Origin: Eledone cirrhosa
Lineage: Eukaryota
Direction: 5' to 3'
NCBI GenBank assembly: GCA_964016885.1
Contig: OZ024742.1
Location: forward strand, 218,860,001 to 218,924,000
Length of the DNA stretch: 64,000 nt
Shown here: positions 1 through 17,552 of the stretch, piece after piece
Numbering within the stretch: position 1 is the first letter of the stretch
How the letters are laid out: every line of letters starts with the position of its first letter
Made by a program: the position numbers and the translations under genes
The notes under the pieces: generated by a model
The model's input: only the letters and a program-made list of their open reading frames with translations
The model's database searches: none
Told to the model about the DNA's origin: nothing

Positions 1-209
1 TCGGTGTGAGTGGTGATGATATGGCCATTGGTGGGATTCGAATCTTGAGGTGGAATTTGAATTAAGAATGCAAAAAGCCGGAACAGATACTGCTCTAACA
101 ATATCGCGAATCCACTAGCCTGGCACTTTATTAACCTAGAAAGGATAAAGATAAAGTGGATCTCGACAGGATTTGAACTCAGAGCAGAGAATCGGAACAA
201 ATACTAGTA

Positions 210-255
<46 letters not shown>

Positions 256-542
256 ATTTCTGGGCATCCACTGATGATTTATAAGTGCCCACCTGCATAT
301 ATTCCTATAGACTATGTGTAGGCTTCTACAAAACCTGGACATTATTTTCCCAACTTGTAGAAAACTTACAATGAAACGATCGTTTGGAAAGAGGAATGTA
401 TTTGATTATGTCTCATATAAAACAATACAACTGGCTATCCACAAAATAAGTATAGTTAGCACCCCAAACGTATAATTGGGATTATACTTAGGTATACCCT
501 AATGTTTGTTGAGTGAGACGGAAGTCGGGTGGAGTATATTTA

Positions 543-1233
543 TATATATATAAGTATGTATACGTACATACATATATGTATACAGACGTACAGTAGTATG
601 TATATATATATACATACATGCACACATATATATATGTACGTATGGATTCACCGAACATTTATTATAATGCTCGGTGTGTTTGTAAACAAACACACCGAGT
701 ATTATAATAAATGTTTGGTGAATCCATACGTACATATATATATGTGTGCATGTATGTATATATATATACATACTACTGTACGTCTGTATACATATATGTA
801 TGTACGTATACATACTTATATTTAAGTAACAGCCGTACTAAGAGTGAGAAATGAAATTTCGTTTCATTTTTTCCGTTTATTGTTTTCGGTACCCCGGCCG
901 ATTAACTCACTCGATATGCAAATTAGGCGGCTCAGCCGTTAATATGCATAAGGAAAGTATATACTTTCAGACGTTCAATCATCTGGCAGGAAGGTATATG
1001 TTGCTGACGATAGCTAATAAGCTTGAAACTAGTACAGCGTTCCTTTGTCAGGGTTGAACAAATGAGCAATGATGGTTGCTAGACACTGTACGGCTTAATT
1101 CGGGATGTTTGTTTACAAACACACCGAGCATTATAATAAATGTTCGGTGAATCCATACGTACATATATATATGTGTATATATATACATACTAATGTACGT
1201 CTGTATACATATATGTATGTACGTATACATACT

Positions 1234-1240
<7 letters not shown>
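543..1240 (+). mobile_element. Non-autonomous hammerhead-bearing PLE/retrozyme-like insertion (inverted arm + ~429-bp unit + partial repeat)
   Basis: ~548-683 is the reverse complement of 686-821; 686-821 recurs directly at 1115-1240; hammerhead at 999-1039; flanked by TA runs. Confidence 0.75.
999..1039 (+). ncRNA. Minimal type I hammerhead ribozyme
   Basis: tgttg CTGACGA t-agct-aata-agct-t GAAA ctag TA cagcg: intact core, palindromic stem III (ACTAGT), GUA site. Confidence 0.8.
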
Positions 1241-1287
<47 letters not shown>

Positions 1288-1359
1288 CATATATAAATAT
1301 ATATACATATATAAATATATATACATATATATATATATATATGAATATACGTCTACATA

Positions 1360-1403
<44 letters not shown>

Positions 1404-1414
1404 ATATATATTTA

Positions 1415-1527
<113 letters not shown>

Positions 1528-1543
1528 GAGCGAGAGAAAGAGA

Positions 1544-1582
<39 letters not shown>

Positions 1583-1707
1583 TATATGTATATATATATA
1601 TATATATATATGATTCCACTTCATTTACTCTCATCTCGGGAATAATTTTGAATAGCGCCAGTTCGTAATTTGAATTCAGGAATTTTATATTCTTCAAATG
1701 AAAAGAT

Positions 1708-1789
1708 CCTTCTGACGAGAGTATTTCTTTGCAACGGATGCCGTAAGGACTCCGTTTATTTTTGAGACTCGAAACCGATTCGGTAAAGG
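1708..1789 (+). ncRNA. Type I hammerhead ribozyme
   Basis: cctt CTGACGA gagt...actc GAAA ccg-att-cgg TA aagg. Confidence 0.8.
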
Positions 1790-1981
1790 TAACTATAGTA
1801 AGTAAAGTTAATTTTTTAAAATTTATTTTAAAATTTATTTTGAAACTTTTTCTTATTTGCTAAACCTTGATTATATATGTTCTGGCTCGTTAATTTATTA
1901 ACCTGCCATTGAACCACATTGGCATATGGTTGGACAATACATGTGTCCCTTAGCTCCTTGTGCGTGTAGGAACATATACAC

Positions 1982-2057
<76 letters not shown>

Positions 2058-2400
2058 GTAAGTATGCATGTATATATATTAAATTCCCTATATATATATA
2101 TATATATATAGGGAATTTAAAAGCAGGTTAGTTCACTTCGTGCGGAATATATATATATGTGTATATATATATATATATATTTGATTTATTGATTTATTGA
2201 TATTTTATCTGAGTGTCCCGAATCTTCCAGATCGCAATTTTTCGGTCGTATGGTTGATTGTAGACATGTTCTATATGTGACGGTATTTAAACGATAGTTA
2301 TAGCTCTGATTTATCTGAATTATTGAGCCCTCTGCCGCTCATTTCGAATTTTGTTTATCGTGAACTCGTGCGCCGATTTTTCGATACTCGATTATTCTAC

Positions 2401-2432
<32 letters not shown>

Positions 2433-2507
2433 AATATATACATATATATATATAAATATATACATATATATATATAAATATATACATATATATATATAAA
2501 TATATAC

Positions 2508-2545
<38 letters not shown>

Positions 2546-2551
2546 GTATAT

Positions 2552-2616
<65 letters not shown>

Positions 2617-2620
2617 CATA

Positions 2621-2672
<52 letters not shown>

Positions 2673-2681
2673 ATATATATG

Positions 2682-2818
<137 letters not shown>

Positions 2819-2905
2819 GAAGGAAATGTGGTAAGGAACCAGGTGGACCATAACGCACCAAAGTACTCAATACTTAGGGTAGTAGAGGTAATAGGAACCA
2901 GTAAG

Positions 2906-2999
2906 ACCCCGACGGCTGAGCTCAAGCCGTTTCGACGGCTAATTCTGGACTAAATGAAAATTTATCCTGGTATATACATAGCCGAGCTTCTCAAGGGGT
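2906..2999 (-). ncRNA. Type I hammerhead ribozyme, U3-A8 variant core
   Basis: minus strand: acccc TTGAGAA gctcggcta...tagccgtc GAAA cggct-tgagctc-agccg TC ggggt; related fragments at ~31135-31170 and 41601-41788. Confidence 0.75.
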
Positions 3000-3770
3000 A
3001 ATTCCATATATGGTCAAAGTGATTGTCACAAGGATTGGTCACAAGTTAGTAGTAATTCTGTGATGGCAAATTAGTGGGGGAGAGGGTGGCTAAGAATTAT
3101 TATCTCGTACTAGTTTATTTTTCTGCACTGGGTGGTTGCTGGCCTTGTGCCCGGGGTAGAAACCTTTATTAATTATTTCGTGGTAGTTTCTTTAGTATTT
3201 TGGCCCCCATTGTTGACCCGTCACCGTATGATATACGTACTTATACCTCTTAAAAGGGTCCTTTCCTATCCGTCCCACCTAGTTTATTTACTTATTTTTT
3301 TATTTCTTTATTTCTTTATTTCTTTATTTCTTTATTTCTTTCTTTATTTCGTTCTTTATTTCTTTATTTATTTATTTATCTAGCCTAGCAATAGCTAGAG
3401 ACTTAGGTCGTAGAAATTGCTTATATTTTTTTCTTTACATTTATTCGCTTTTTATCACTCTCAGTATTTTTTTTCATATATATTTTTTTACCCTTCATTG
3501 TTCTACTTACCGTTTCGACTTCCTCCCCCTCCCCCTCCCTAGTATCTTCTTTGACCTCATGCCCAGCTGTAGCCGGCTCTACCAACGCATGATTGGGTCT
3601 ACTCCACCCCCTCCCTCTTTTCTCCTACTGGCAGGTTTAGCCACCCTCTCCCCCACTAATTTGCCATCACAGAATTACTACTAACTTGTGACCAATCCTT
3701 GTGACAATCACTTTGACCATGAATATGCCAAAAAGGGAATTTAAAAGCAGGCTAGTTCACCTCGTGCGAA

Positions 3771-3826
<56 letters not shown>

Positions 3827-3905
3827 TTCGCACGAGGTGAACTAGCCTGCTTTTAAATTTCCTTTTTGGCATATTCTGGCAGTGGTTTAGGCTTACCGTG
3901 TTTGA

Positions 3906-3986
3906 GCTCTACTGATGAACGATTCCAACCGTGACCATCCCCACTGAAAAGTTTCGTGAAATAGTCTTTTTAAGATTATATAGAGC
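3906..3986 (+). ncRNA. Type I hammerhead ribozyme
   Basis: gctcta CTGATGA acga...tcgt GAAA tagtctt-ttt-aagatta TA tagagc; 3' half of a relative at ~39861-39900. Confidence 0.8.
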
Positions 3987-4007
3987 ATTTGTAGTTTTTC
4001 ATTTGTA

Positions 4008-4857
4008 GTCACGTTAGAAAGAATGTGATTAGTTGCTTATATATTTTATCAAATGATTCTATGGACATACTTTTGAAATATTGCTCTGATTATTTAATTT
4101 ATTAACTCTTCATTGAGCCACATCGTGAATGGTTGCCACATATATATCTGTGACTTTGTTTAGTTTGTATATATGTAAATCTTTATATTTAATAATCTCC
4201 CATTAGGTTGAGATGCAATTTGGGCAATATTGGGCTGCGCTTTCTAGCAACCAGCCCACTCACCGTAAGCAACTAATCACATTCTTTCTAACTTGACCAC
4301 TTCCACGTCACGATTCTTAGCCATTTTTTAATCTATTTCTGGCGGGGATCGCTTTGGAAAATTACCTGTCCTATGAGTTTGTCTCCTGATGAGTACGAAA
4401 CTCGAGATTTTATCCTTAATAGGATATCTCAAAACGCGAACGAAACCCGAGGGTAGGGACATATCATGGTAGGAGTGTACGCATTTCTTCTAACTTTAAA
4501 TTTACACCTAATTGTGTATGGTTGACGGTATATTTAGTCAATTTCTACATGCTGTTGAAATGTTAGGTAAATATTCTATTGCGGTCGGCCGCGAAGAGGC
4601 TGCTGTAGTTTATTTATCAAATATTTCTTCATAGGAGCCTTTATTCTTATAGCCTGGTCTAATTGATTTTTTATGTGGTTAATTATGCTAATTGGGAGAG
4701 GAAATGGTGTATATATTTTATCAAATGATACTATGGACATATTTTATGATATATTGCTCTGATTATTTAATTTATTAACTCTTCATTGAGCCACATCATT
4801 GAATGGTTGCCGCATATATATCTGTGACTTTGTTTAGTTTGTATATATGTAAATCTT
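4008..4857 (+). mobile_element. Non-autonomous hammerhead-bearing unit (~673 bp) with terminal direct repeat and short inverted arm
   Basis: ~4040-4183 repeated at ~4713-4857; ~4008-4040 is the reverse complement of ~4266-4298; hammerhead inside. Confidence 0.65.
4380..4461 (+). ncRNA. Type I hammerhead ribozyme with extended stem II
   Basis: tgtctc CTGATGA gt...ac GAAA ccc-ga-ggg TA gggaca. Confidence 0.7.
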
Positions 4858-4940
4858 CTGTTGGAAGCTCCCGGAGCTTCCAACAGAAATGGTCACATTC
4901 TTTATGTCAATATTTATTTATAAAACTGCTCTATATTATA

Positions 4941-5001
4941 TTTTATCTGATGAAAGTGCACCATAATTTAACTTGGTGTCCTTGAAATATGTATAATGAA
5001 A
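4941..5001 (+). ncRNA. Type I hammerhead ribozyme (mirror copy at 5132-5188, minus strand)
   Basis: ttttat CTGATGA aag..gcacca/tggtgt..ctt GAAA tatgta TA atgaaa; 4945-5188 is an inverted repeat centred on a (TA)n run. Confidence 0.7.
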
Positions 5002-5044
5002 TAAATATGGTTTTATAAATATAGTTTCCATTTGTTAATATATC

Positions 5045-5088
<44 letters not shown>

Positions 5089-5205
5089 GATATATTAACA
5101 AATGGAAACTATATTTATAAAACCATATTTATTTCATTATACATATTTCAAGGACACCAAGTTAAATTATGGTGCACTTTCATCAGATATATATATATAT
5201 ATATA

Positions 5206-7396
<2,191 letters not shown>

Positions 7397-7690
7397 GATG
7401 TGAGAAAAATCACAGACCCTCCATCTCAACTCTACTATTGAAAAGCAGAAGAACTGCGAAACCGGTAAAGGGACCAAATAAATATATATATATTTTTTAA
7501 AAATAAGACTCCATTTGCATTTTCGATTTCATCTTTTTTTCTTTATACTTTCACTCGTGTAAGGACACCTCGGTTATTTTTCATTTTGTAAAAACCCCCC
7601 ACTTTCTAATATATATATATATATACATATATATATACATATAGTAATAATAATAAATTTGAAGACTAAAATCCAAAGAGGGCTCAATAA

Positions 7691-7745
<55 letters not shown>

Positions 7746-7771
7746 GATATATAGATATATAGATATATACA

Positions 7772-7871
<100 letters not shown>

Positions 7872-7926
7872 TATATAGATATATAGATATATAAATATAT
7901 ATATATATATACATATATATATACAC

Positions 7927-8896
<970 letters not shown>

Positions 8897-9073
8897 TATA
8901 TATATATGCAGAGGTTATATTTAATTTGTTGGGATTCAACAAGCTTTAACATTTTTATAACTGATATAAAGCACTCAACAGTTTAGTGAAGTAAATATAC
9001 AATATATTAATAAATGGAATCTATATTTATATTTATATATGGTTTTATAAATATAGTTTCCATTTATTAATAT

Positions 9074-9154
<81 letters not shown>

Positions 9155-9155
<1 letters not shown>

Positions 9156-9861
9156 AATTTTAATACAGCATTACGAAGCTTTTGGCTGCGGCTAAGCTAA
9201 CGAATGCAGATTCGGAATCCAGCATAGCACTCGATGGAGAATAATACCCCAGAGTTATAACAATACGTTTAGACAGCTTTGCAAATCAAATATAGCGACC
9301 GACAGTCCAGCCGCATTGCCATGGCAACCAAAAAAACTGAACTCAGGAAAAGATTTTGACTGACCTGGACCATCACGTGGATATCGAATGCAACACATAA
9401 CGCATAACGTATAGCATACAATATACATCACATAAAACATACAACATCCACGCTAGGTTTCTGTAAATCCGAGATCGACTAATTCCGCTTGCAGGGGTCT
9501 GCAAGTTAATGGCCTTTGATGACAGAACAAAGGATTTACTTTGTCAACAAGTCTTACGTTCTATAGCCTCGGCGGGTGTGTTTTCTAGCAGTAATTTTGG
9601 CGGTCAATTCGAAATTTGGGACATAGGAATGAAATTCCCTTAGACAAACCGAATTAAGCACTCAACCAGAAATTATCAAACAAACATAAACAATTAATCA
9701 ATCAATAGAATTGTCTAATTAAATTAATCAGTTAATCGTTAATTCTAGGAGTTAAAAATACAAATTTTAGTACAGCATTAACGAAGCTTTTGGCTGCGGC
9801 TCAGCTAACGAATGCAGATTCGGAATGCAGCTTAGCACTCGATGGAGAATAATACCCCAGA
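9155..9861 (-). mobile_element. Non-coding ~608-bp unit with ~97-bp terminal direct repeat in (TA)n; degenerate hammerhead
   Basis: ~9155-9251 repeated at ~9761-9860; minus strand TTGACAA a-gtaaatcc...ggatttac-a GAAA cctagcgtg at 9445-9547 (stems I/III damaged). Confidence 0.6.
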
Positions 9862-10113
9862 TATGTATATATATATATATTAGAAAGTGAGGTTTTTTTT
9901 ACAAAATGAAAAATAACCGAGGTGTCCTACACGAGTGAAAGTATAAGGAAAAAAGATGAAATCGAAAATGCAACTGGAGTCTTTTTTTAAAGAAGAACTG
10001 CGAAACCGGTAAAGGAACCAAATAAATATATATATTTAAAAAAAAAAGACTCAAGTTGCATTTTCGATTTCATCTTTAAACTCGTGAGCTGATTTTCCGA
10101 TACTCGATTATTC

Positions 10114-10194
<81 letters not shown>

Positions 10195-10369
10195 CAATGC
10201 TAGCGTGGAAGATGGACGTTAAACGAAGATGATATATATATGTATGTGCGTGTGTGTCTGTGTCTTTGTGTGTCTGTGTGTTTCTGTGTGTGTGTCTGTG
10301 TTGATTGACTGACGAAGCACTGGGTAATTTGAAATTTGAAAAATATATTCGCCGCAATCCAAATAACTA

Positions 10370-10499
10370 TAATAATATTTTATAAGTATAGATAATAGCT
10401 GAATAAATCAGGGAAAGTATCCTGAAAACGGAAAAAGGTCGAAAGAGATGTCCTCGGGGAATCGAACCACGCATCTCTTGTGTGTCGGGCGAACGCGTT

Positions 10500-10503
<4 letters not shown>
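10370..10503 (-). mobile_element. tRNA-derived SINE fragment
   Basis: minus strand B-box GGTTCGATTCC; tail similar to copy at 44912-45027. Confidence 0.5.
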
Positions 10504-10559
<56 letters not shown>

Positions 10560-10566
10560 ACACACA

Positions 10567-10603
<37 letters not shown>

Positions 10604-10605
10604 AA

Positions 10606-10638
<33 letters not shown>

Positions 10639-10640
<2 letters not shown>

Positions 10641-10795
10641 GTTATGTAATAAACAACATAAGATAATTATTTCATTTACCAGTGGTTTCTTGAAGACAGA
10701 TGTTTATGCCTGTCTTGAAGACAGACATAAACATCTGTCTTCAAGAAACCACTGGTAAATGAAATAATTATCTTATGTTGTTTATTACATAACTA
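10639..10795. repeat. Near-perfect fold-back palindrome containing the 3' half of a hammerhead
   Basis: apex at 10717; right arm reads ...ctgtcttcaa GAAA ccactgg TA aatg. Confidence 0.85.
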
Positions 10796-10854
10796 AAAAG
10801 CTCTGCAGCCTACATAGAGCACTCTCTTTTCCTTTACCATTCCTACAGAAATAC

Positions 10855-10893
<39 letters not shown>

Positions 10894-10901
10894 CTAAATC
10901 G

Positions 10902-10935
<34 letters not shown>

Positions 10936-11328
10936 CGATTTAGATCGATATACGATGATTTCGTTGCTTACAACACGTTCAACAGATTATTAACACACGT
11001 TAAATTTTTGCAAGGCAACATTATCAGGCAGAAACTCTTGCAAGAAAGCAATAAAAATTAATAATTCAACAGCTTAATATAGGCAAACGTTTAAGTACTC
11101 AGAATTTCAATTATTTGAATAAATCAGTATACATATATATATACGCGCCACACAACAGTTTTCTGAACAGCCTCGTTTACAAGATTCTAGTCACAAGTTA
11201 TTGGTTAATCTGGTGCTACGCCAGAGTACATTTGTTGAAGGTATAACATAGTGGGAGAGAGAACAGAGCTTGCACCCATTTTTCTTAGTAGTAATACAAT
11301 CAAGAACAAGTTTTATACGACCTAGTTT

Positions 11329-11767
11329 CAGACCTGCCAACCTCTAAAAACCTAAACGGAGAGTACCATGAAAAAAAGTGCCCCAAAACGGGGAGAAGTG
11401 AGGCAAAATGGGGAGATTTGACATAATTGTTTCTGCTTTAGGCACAAGGCCAGCAATTACCCAGTACATTACTGGTACTTTATTTTATCGACCCCGTAAG
11501 GATGAAAGGCAAAGTTAACCTCGGCGGGATTTGAACTCAGAATATAAAGGGACGTAACTATGCTAGAAAGCATGGCATCCAACCCTCTACCGATACTGCC
11601 AATTCACCGCCCTTTGACATAATGAAAGCTAATCCCATTTTCACAAGAGAAGACATCTCTCTCCCACCCACTTTGGGGTGGGTGAGAGATGTCTTCTCTT
11701 GTGAAAATGGGATTAGCCAAAGTGTGTGGGAGATCTCCTCGTCGAACGGGGAGAGTTGACAGGTCTG
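11329..11767. mobile_element. MITE with nested SINE
   Basis: TIRs cagacctgccaac / gttgacaggtctg; 6-bp direct repeat tagttt on both flanks. Confidence 0.7.
11428..11612 (-). mobile_element. tRNA-derived SINE (family A)
   Basis: Near-identical to 23542-23725, 46565-46755, 50159-50507, 51683-51825; TSD tttgacataat at 11417-11427 and 11613-11623. Confidence 0.9.
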
Positions 11768-12505
11768 TAGTTTTTATAATATTTTTAATACTAAAACAGA
11801 TACTAAAGAAACCTAAAAACAAACAAACAACACAGAAACAATGGAAACAGTTGCTATTTGTTTTGTTAGTTTTATGTTTATGTGATGTTGGCTGCAGAGA
11901 GCATTAGGGGAGTCCAGCACAACAATCTATGTCTATATTTGACTACAATGTTAGAGAGAAATAATAAACAAAATAACTCTAAACGAGAGAGAACTCAGAA
12001 AAGAGTCGAAATTTCATATCAGAAAAATTCATGCCAAAAATAAAATTATTTTAGGAATCAGAAATTGAAATTTGAATGTAAAGAATCTAAAAACTTGTAA
12101 ATACACGTCAATTTTAACAACATTGGTTGGTATATTAGCGACTATAAAATATCTACATAGAAAACAAACGAAAAAGAAAATGACTACATTCAGAAAACTT
12201 TGATGATGATTTATTACTATTTATAAAAGCTGCAGAGAGTCCTTCAACTTACTATAAATTATTATCAACATTAGGCATGTTTGAATTTTAACATTTTTCA
12301 TTACATATCTCTGATTTTATGCAAACGTGGATGTTTAGTTAAGGGATTTACGGTTCATTTTCACTGCTCAACGCATTGAGCAAATGTTTTCTTCTATAGA
12401 TTGGGGTTGATTAATGCCTTGAGAATGGAATTTGGTAGATGGAAGCTGTATTGAATTCCGTTATATCAATTTGTCTGTTTGTTTGTCTGTATGTATTTAT
12501 GTATG

Positions 12506-12587
<82 letters not shown>

Positions 12588-14418
12588 GCTCTCTCTCACT
12601 CTCTCTCTCTTTCTGTCAGTTTCTGAGTTTATGCTTGTCGGTGTAAGCGGATGCCTTTATTTGTGTCCTTTAAATTTAAAAAGTAACTCAGTCATTCAAT
12701 AAAGATCAATAAATAAAATAAAATACCAGACTGAAATATCAATTAGTATTGGGGTTGTTGATATGATCGATAAAAAGGAAAATGAACTCTTGGAAGCGAT
12801 ATCTCAGTATGGCCGCACTCAGCATTCCAGCTGTGATCATCGCATCTAGTTTTCAGATATAGTGTACTCTGAACTGTCACTCACTGTATCATTTCTTTAA
12901 GACAATACATATACCCATTTTCCAACGTGTTAAACGGACAAGAGTTAAATCAACTCCTGGATATTCAAGAGATATTTTAACAACATTGGTTGGTATATTA
13001 GCGACTATAAAATATCTATATAGAAAACAAACAAAAAAGAAAATGGCTACATTCAGAAAACTTTTATGATGATACTATTTATAAAAGCTGCAGAAAGTCC
13101 TTCATTTTCCAACGTGTTAAACGGACAAGAGTTAAATCAACTCCTGGATATTCAAGAGATATCGCTGGTTGATATTTTTTTTCTTTTCACGTGCATTGTG
13201 AATTAAACAGAACTGGTGGACAAATGAAATTCTTGTAAATTTTAGTGATGCTAAGCTGACACGAAAGCTGAAACTACTCGTGGACTTAATCACATACATT
13301 ACTTAGTGTCTTCAGCAAGATAGGATCCCTCGATTCTGCAGTCAAACAAAGAGACATATTGTTGTTATTGTTACGACCTACACTGATAACACTGGTTTGG
13401 GAGCGTCGGTAGAGCATCGGACAAAATGCTTTGTGTCATTTAGTTACGACTTTCTATGTTCAGAGTCCGAATCCCGCCGAAGTCAATTTTATTTTCATCT
13501 TTTCGGGGTCGATAAAATAACGTGCCAATTTAATATTGAGATCGATATAATTGACTTCCCCCTTCCCCGAAATGTTTGACCTTGTGCCAACGTTAGACAG
13601 AATGATTACGACCCATAACTGCACATGTTTCGCGAGTCTCCTATCATGTTACATCTCACACGAGGATTCCTCCGGCTAATGATGCCTCCAGTTTTCCGGC
13701 GATAGTAACTAGGATTTGAACTCAGAACACACAAAACTGGAGCAGAAAACCATCGAATGAGATACCATGACAAATCTCATTCGATGGTTTAACAGTTCTA
13801 CCTAACCACTGATTTGGAATGAAACTTTATTTATTGATCCAGAAATAGGGAAAGGAAAAGTTAACTCCAGCGAAATTTGAACTCAGAGAGCGGAAAAAAT
13901 ACAGAAAATCATTTTGTCCTATGTTTTAACGACACCACCAGTTCGCAGCTGTAAGGTACGATTTTAAAAAAATGGATTTGGTTGCTATTTCTTGCAGGTC
14001 AAACGACCACATACTTGAATGTTTCTATCTTTGTTTTCTCTATGATGAGCATGCCGCAGTTCCGTGTTATAGAAGAAGAAAAAACAACAGTATCAACAAC
14101 AAAAAGCAAACAAACAACAACAGCTTATTGTCGCAAGGCAATTATAGTATACTATGACATTTTATAGAGATATCAATTGTGGCTGATATTTCACTACAAG
14201 ACAGATACCTTTGTCATTTGAGACGGCAAAAAAGGCAGGATTAGATTTTAAAGATTTATATCTGGTATTGTTAAAACAGTTGCTTTTTCGTTGTTGTTTT
14301 TTACAGGCAAGTACTTGAAAGATACTGTATAATACCTAAATGGTGTAAGAACAGAAACGAATACGAATATTGATTCCCATCTAAAATCCTATTCGCATTT
14401 ACATAATTATATTTGTTA

Positions 14419-14817
14419 TACTCTCGAGTCTCGAATAATCCCCCTCCCCCTCCCGCTTATTAATTTTTCAGATTTTTTTCACCCTCCCGCTCTTACCCTC
14501 CCCTCGCTTACAAATATCTGCGGTGAAATTTTATTTTAAATGGTAGCATTGCTGCGACAATTAATTTTCTATAGACATTAAAATAACATTATACATGACA
14601 AAAAAAAGTACATTACAATAAATCCCATACGTTATAGAGTAAATAGGATGAGCTGGGATCTCAATATGTAAACTATGTAAACTAAACGAGTAATTCTGGA
14701 TCTTATAAATATCAACGGAAACAACCTAGAAAAATTACCGATTTTTCACCTACCCCCATCTTATTCCAACCCCCTCGCTTATCCGCTCCCACCCCTATTA
14801 TTTGGGACGCGAGAGTA
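14419..14817. mobile_element. TA-flanked MITE (Tc1/mariner-type ends)
   Basis: TIR tactctcgagtctcgaataat / attatttgggacgcgagagta; second copy at 21846-22177. Confidence 0.7.
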
Positions 14818-15962
14818 AAAGGCAGACTTTGGATTTCTGAACAAAAGAAAGTGACACATATAATAAGCATTGAAACATAAATTCCTGCTTTTAACAATCT
14901 AGTGCAATTGGCAGTTATAAGCCTAAATATAGAACAGTAGACTCGGAGACATAGAAATATCTGTGGCGTCGCAGCTATTTTTAACCACTGTTAGCGATAA
15001 ATAGAAAGAAATTCTTACAGCATGCCTGACATAGTGGCACTAATAAATATTGTTAAAAAAAAATGTCTAATTTCTAGAATGACAGAAAATAGTGATTAAA
15101 CCAGCAACATATATTAAATTCTATACAGTAAACTAACCAAAGACCCTTCAAACCTAATTGCATGCCCCGTTATATTTTAAGTCAATTTGGAGTTAATTCC
15201 CATGTCGTAGTATTATCATTAATGCTAACTGTTTTCTCGTCATTACAAGTATGACTTTAGCTCTTCAAAAATGTTCTTTGTTTCACTACATTCAGTATGT
15301 TATCCTCACTATACTCGTGCACACACACACGCACATCTCTATATTGCTGATAACAAAATCATACACAACAATTTAGTCTATTTTAAAGTGTTTTGGGGGA
15401 TGAAATAGAGGGGAAACACTATTGGTATTTATAACATGGATTCTGCTATTTCTATGGCGTATCTACATATATCGCTATTATACAATGTTGATGACGCATG
15501 TTAAATATTATCTGCTATTTTGAAAATGCGATGCCGAGACAGTTAATTACTAAAGTCGTTAGAGTGTAAGAACAATGACCTGCAGTGCTTATTCCTTGTG
15601 TCCCGCCCATAATCCAAATCCATCCCGCCGTAATCCAGGGCAGTAAATTGAAGGAATCGTTTCAGGGTGAGACGAAATACCTTGCGGTATTTGTTCCGGA
15701 TCTTTGGGTTTTAAGTTGAAATCCTGCTGTGGACTATTTGGACGGCAGATTTAATCTATTGCCCGTTTTAACACTACTCTCTGGTCCTTGGGTACCTTTA
15801 AACGGAGTCCTCTATGTTACAATTATTCGGGCCAGGTCTCCGTATTTAGGATTTTAGGACTCTTTCTATTTTCCTCCTTGACTAAACAGTAAAATACAAG
15901 CGTGTAATGAATGCTCAGTACTTGACAAACTTTGTTCATTCTTGAACACACGCACGCGCACA

Positions 15963-16033
<71 letters not shown>

Positions 16034-16059
16034 ACACACAAACACACACACACACAAAC

Positions 16060-16260
16060 CTACATTAATGATGGTTCTGTGGGGAACATTTGTTCAGCGC
16101 TACGACCTCCGTACGATGTTAAATTAACTGCACCCATTGAATAAATTCAACGCTGCTACACTAAGAAGATTGCCTCAGTGAAATAGTTGAATGAGCTACG
16201 AGGAAATGATGGAAGAACACAAACTCTATTGTCTAGAACGAAGGCGGAAAAGATATACAT
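16060..16260 (+). mobile_element. Decayed CR1/L2-group LINE 3' fragment
   Basis: Translates with stops/frameshift to IE*IQRCYTKKIASVK*LN..YEEMMEEHKLYCLERRRKR, like the CR1 post-RT region. Confidence 0.55.
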
Positions 16261-16498
16261 TGATATATAAATATGTGTGTATACATTGATATATATGTAT
16301 ACAGCGGCGGTGGAAGCATTTCTGAATTGTGTGTGTTTGTGTGTGTGTGGGGTGTGTGTGTGTGCAAATTTTGCTCAACTTAGTTGTAGTGATTGGTTTA
16401 GCTCTTTGCACTCTAAAAGGGTCAGAAAACTTCGATATGCGATAAACATAACACGTACATAAATTGTTGCGCATTTCCAGATAGTTCAACCGCACCTG

Positions 16499-16526
<28 letters not shown>

Positions 16527-16530
<4 letters not shown>

Positions 16531-17552
16531 ATTAGTATATTTACCAACATATGCGTACAGATGTACACTAATGCTAGCAAATACATAAGTTATGTCATAG
16601 TACCTAGGTGCTTCTATGCAGGGGGATGCAGAACAATTATATGAAAGACGTAAAATAAGAAAATTTTAAAAATTAAAAATTAACTTACTTACTAAAATTT
16701 TCACTCCAACTAATTAGTTTCTGTAATGGGATAAAGATAGTTACGCAATGTAACTATCGAGAATTCATTACGTCATCAGGGAGTCTATTCTCAGCTAAGT
16801 TCCCAGGCAATGCGCGGACACTAGGAACTCATATAAAAATAATAATTCGGTGGATGGAACAGCTAGCGGGGATTGCATTCCATAGCACTGAAAAAGTTCA
16901 GTGTCTCTGGTCAAGTGGCAGATTCTAAAGAATCAATCACGTGACACTGAGGCTAGTCAGTAGGAGTGGGATGGTATTATGACAAGAGCCTACTACCACT
17001 ACAATATGAATTAGCAGTGGATTTGGCAAGTTTGCTCAACAAATAAATAATTTGGAGATAAATATAGAGAATTAGTATATTTACCAACATATGCGTACAG
17101 ATGTACACTAATGCTAGCAAATACATAAGTTATGTCATAGTACCTAGGTGGTTCTATGAAGGGGGATGCAGAACAATTATATGAAAGACGTAAAATAAGA
17201 AAATTTTAAAAATTAAAAATTAACTTACTTACTAAAATGTTCACTAGCCTCAGTGTCACGTGATTGATTCTTTAGAATCTGCCACTTGACCAGAGACAGT
17301 GAACTTTTTCAGTGCTATGGAATTCAGTCCCCGCTAACTGTTCCATCCACCGAATTATTATTTTTATATGAGTTCCTAGTGTCCGCGCATTGCCTGGGAA
17401 CTTAGCTGAGAATAGACTCCCGATGACGTAATGAATTCTCGATAGTTACATTGCGTAACTATCTTTATCCCATTACAGAAACTAATTAGTTGGAGTGAAA
17501 ATTTTAGTAAGTAAGTTAATTTTTAATTTTTTAAATTTTCTTATTTTACGTC

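Noticed and set aside
12107-13162. Short local direct duplications (~12107-12245/12975-13103; ~12917-12974/13104-13162)
   Set aside because: No ribozyme, TIR or TSD found; looks like ordinary repair-type duplication
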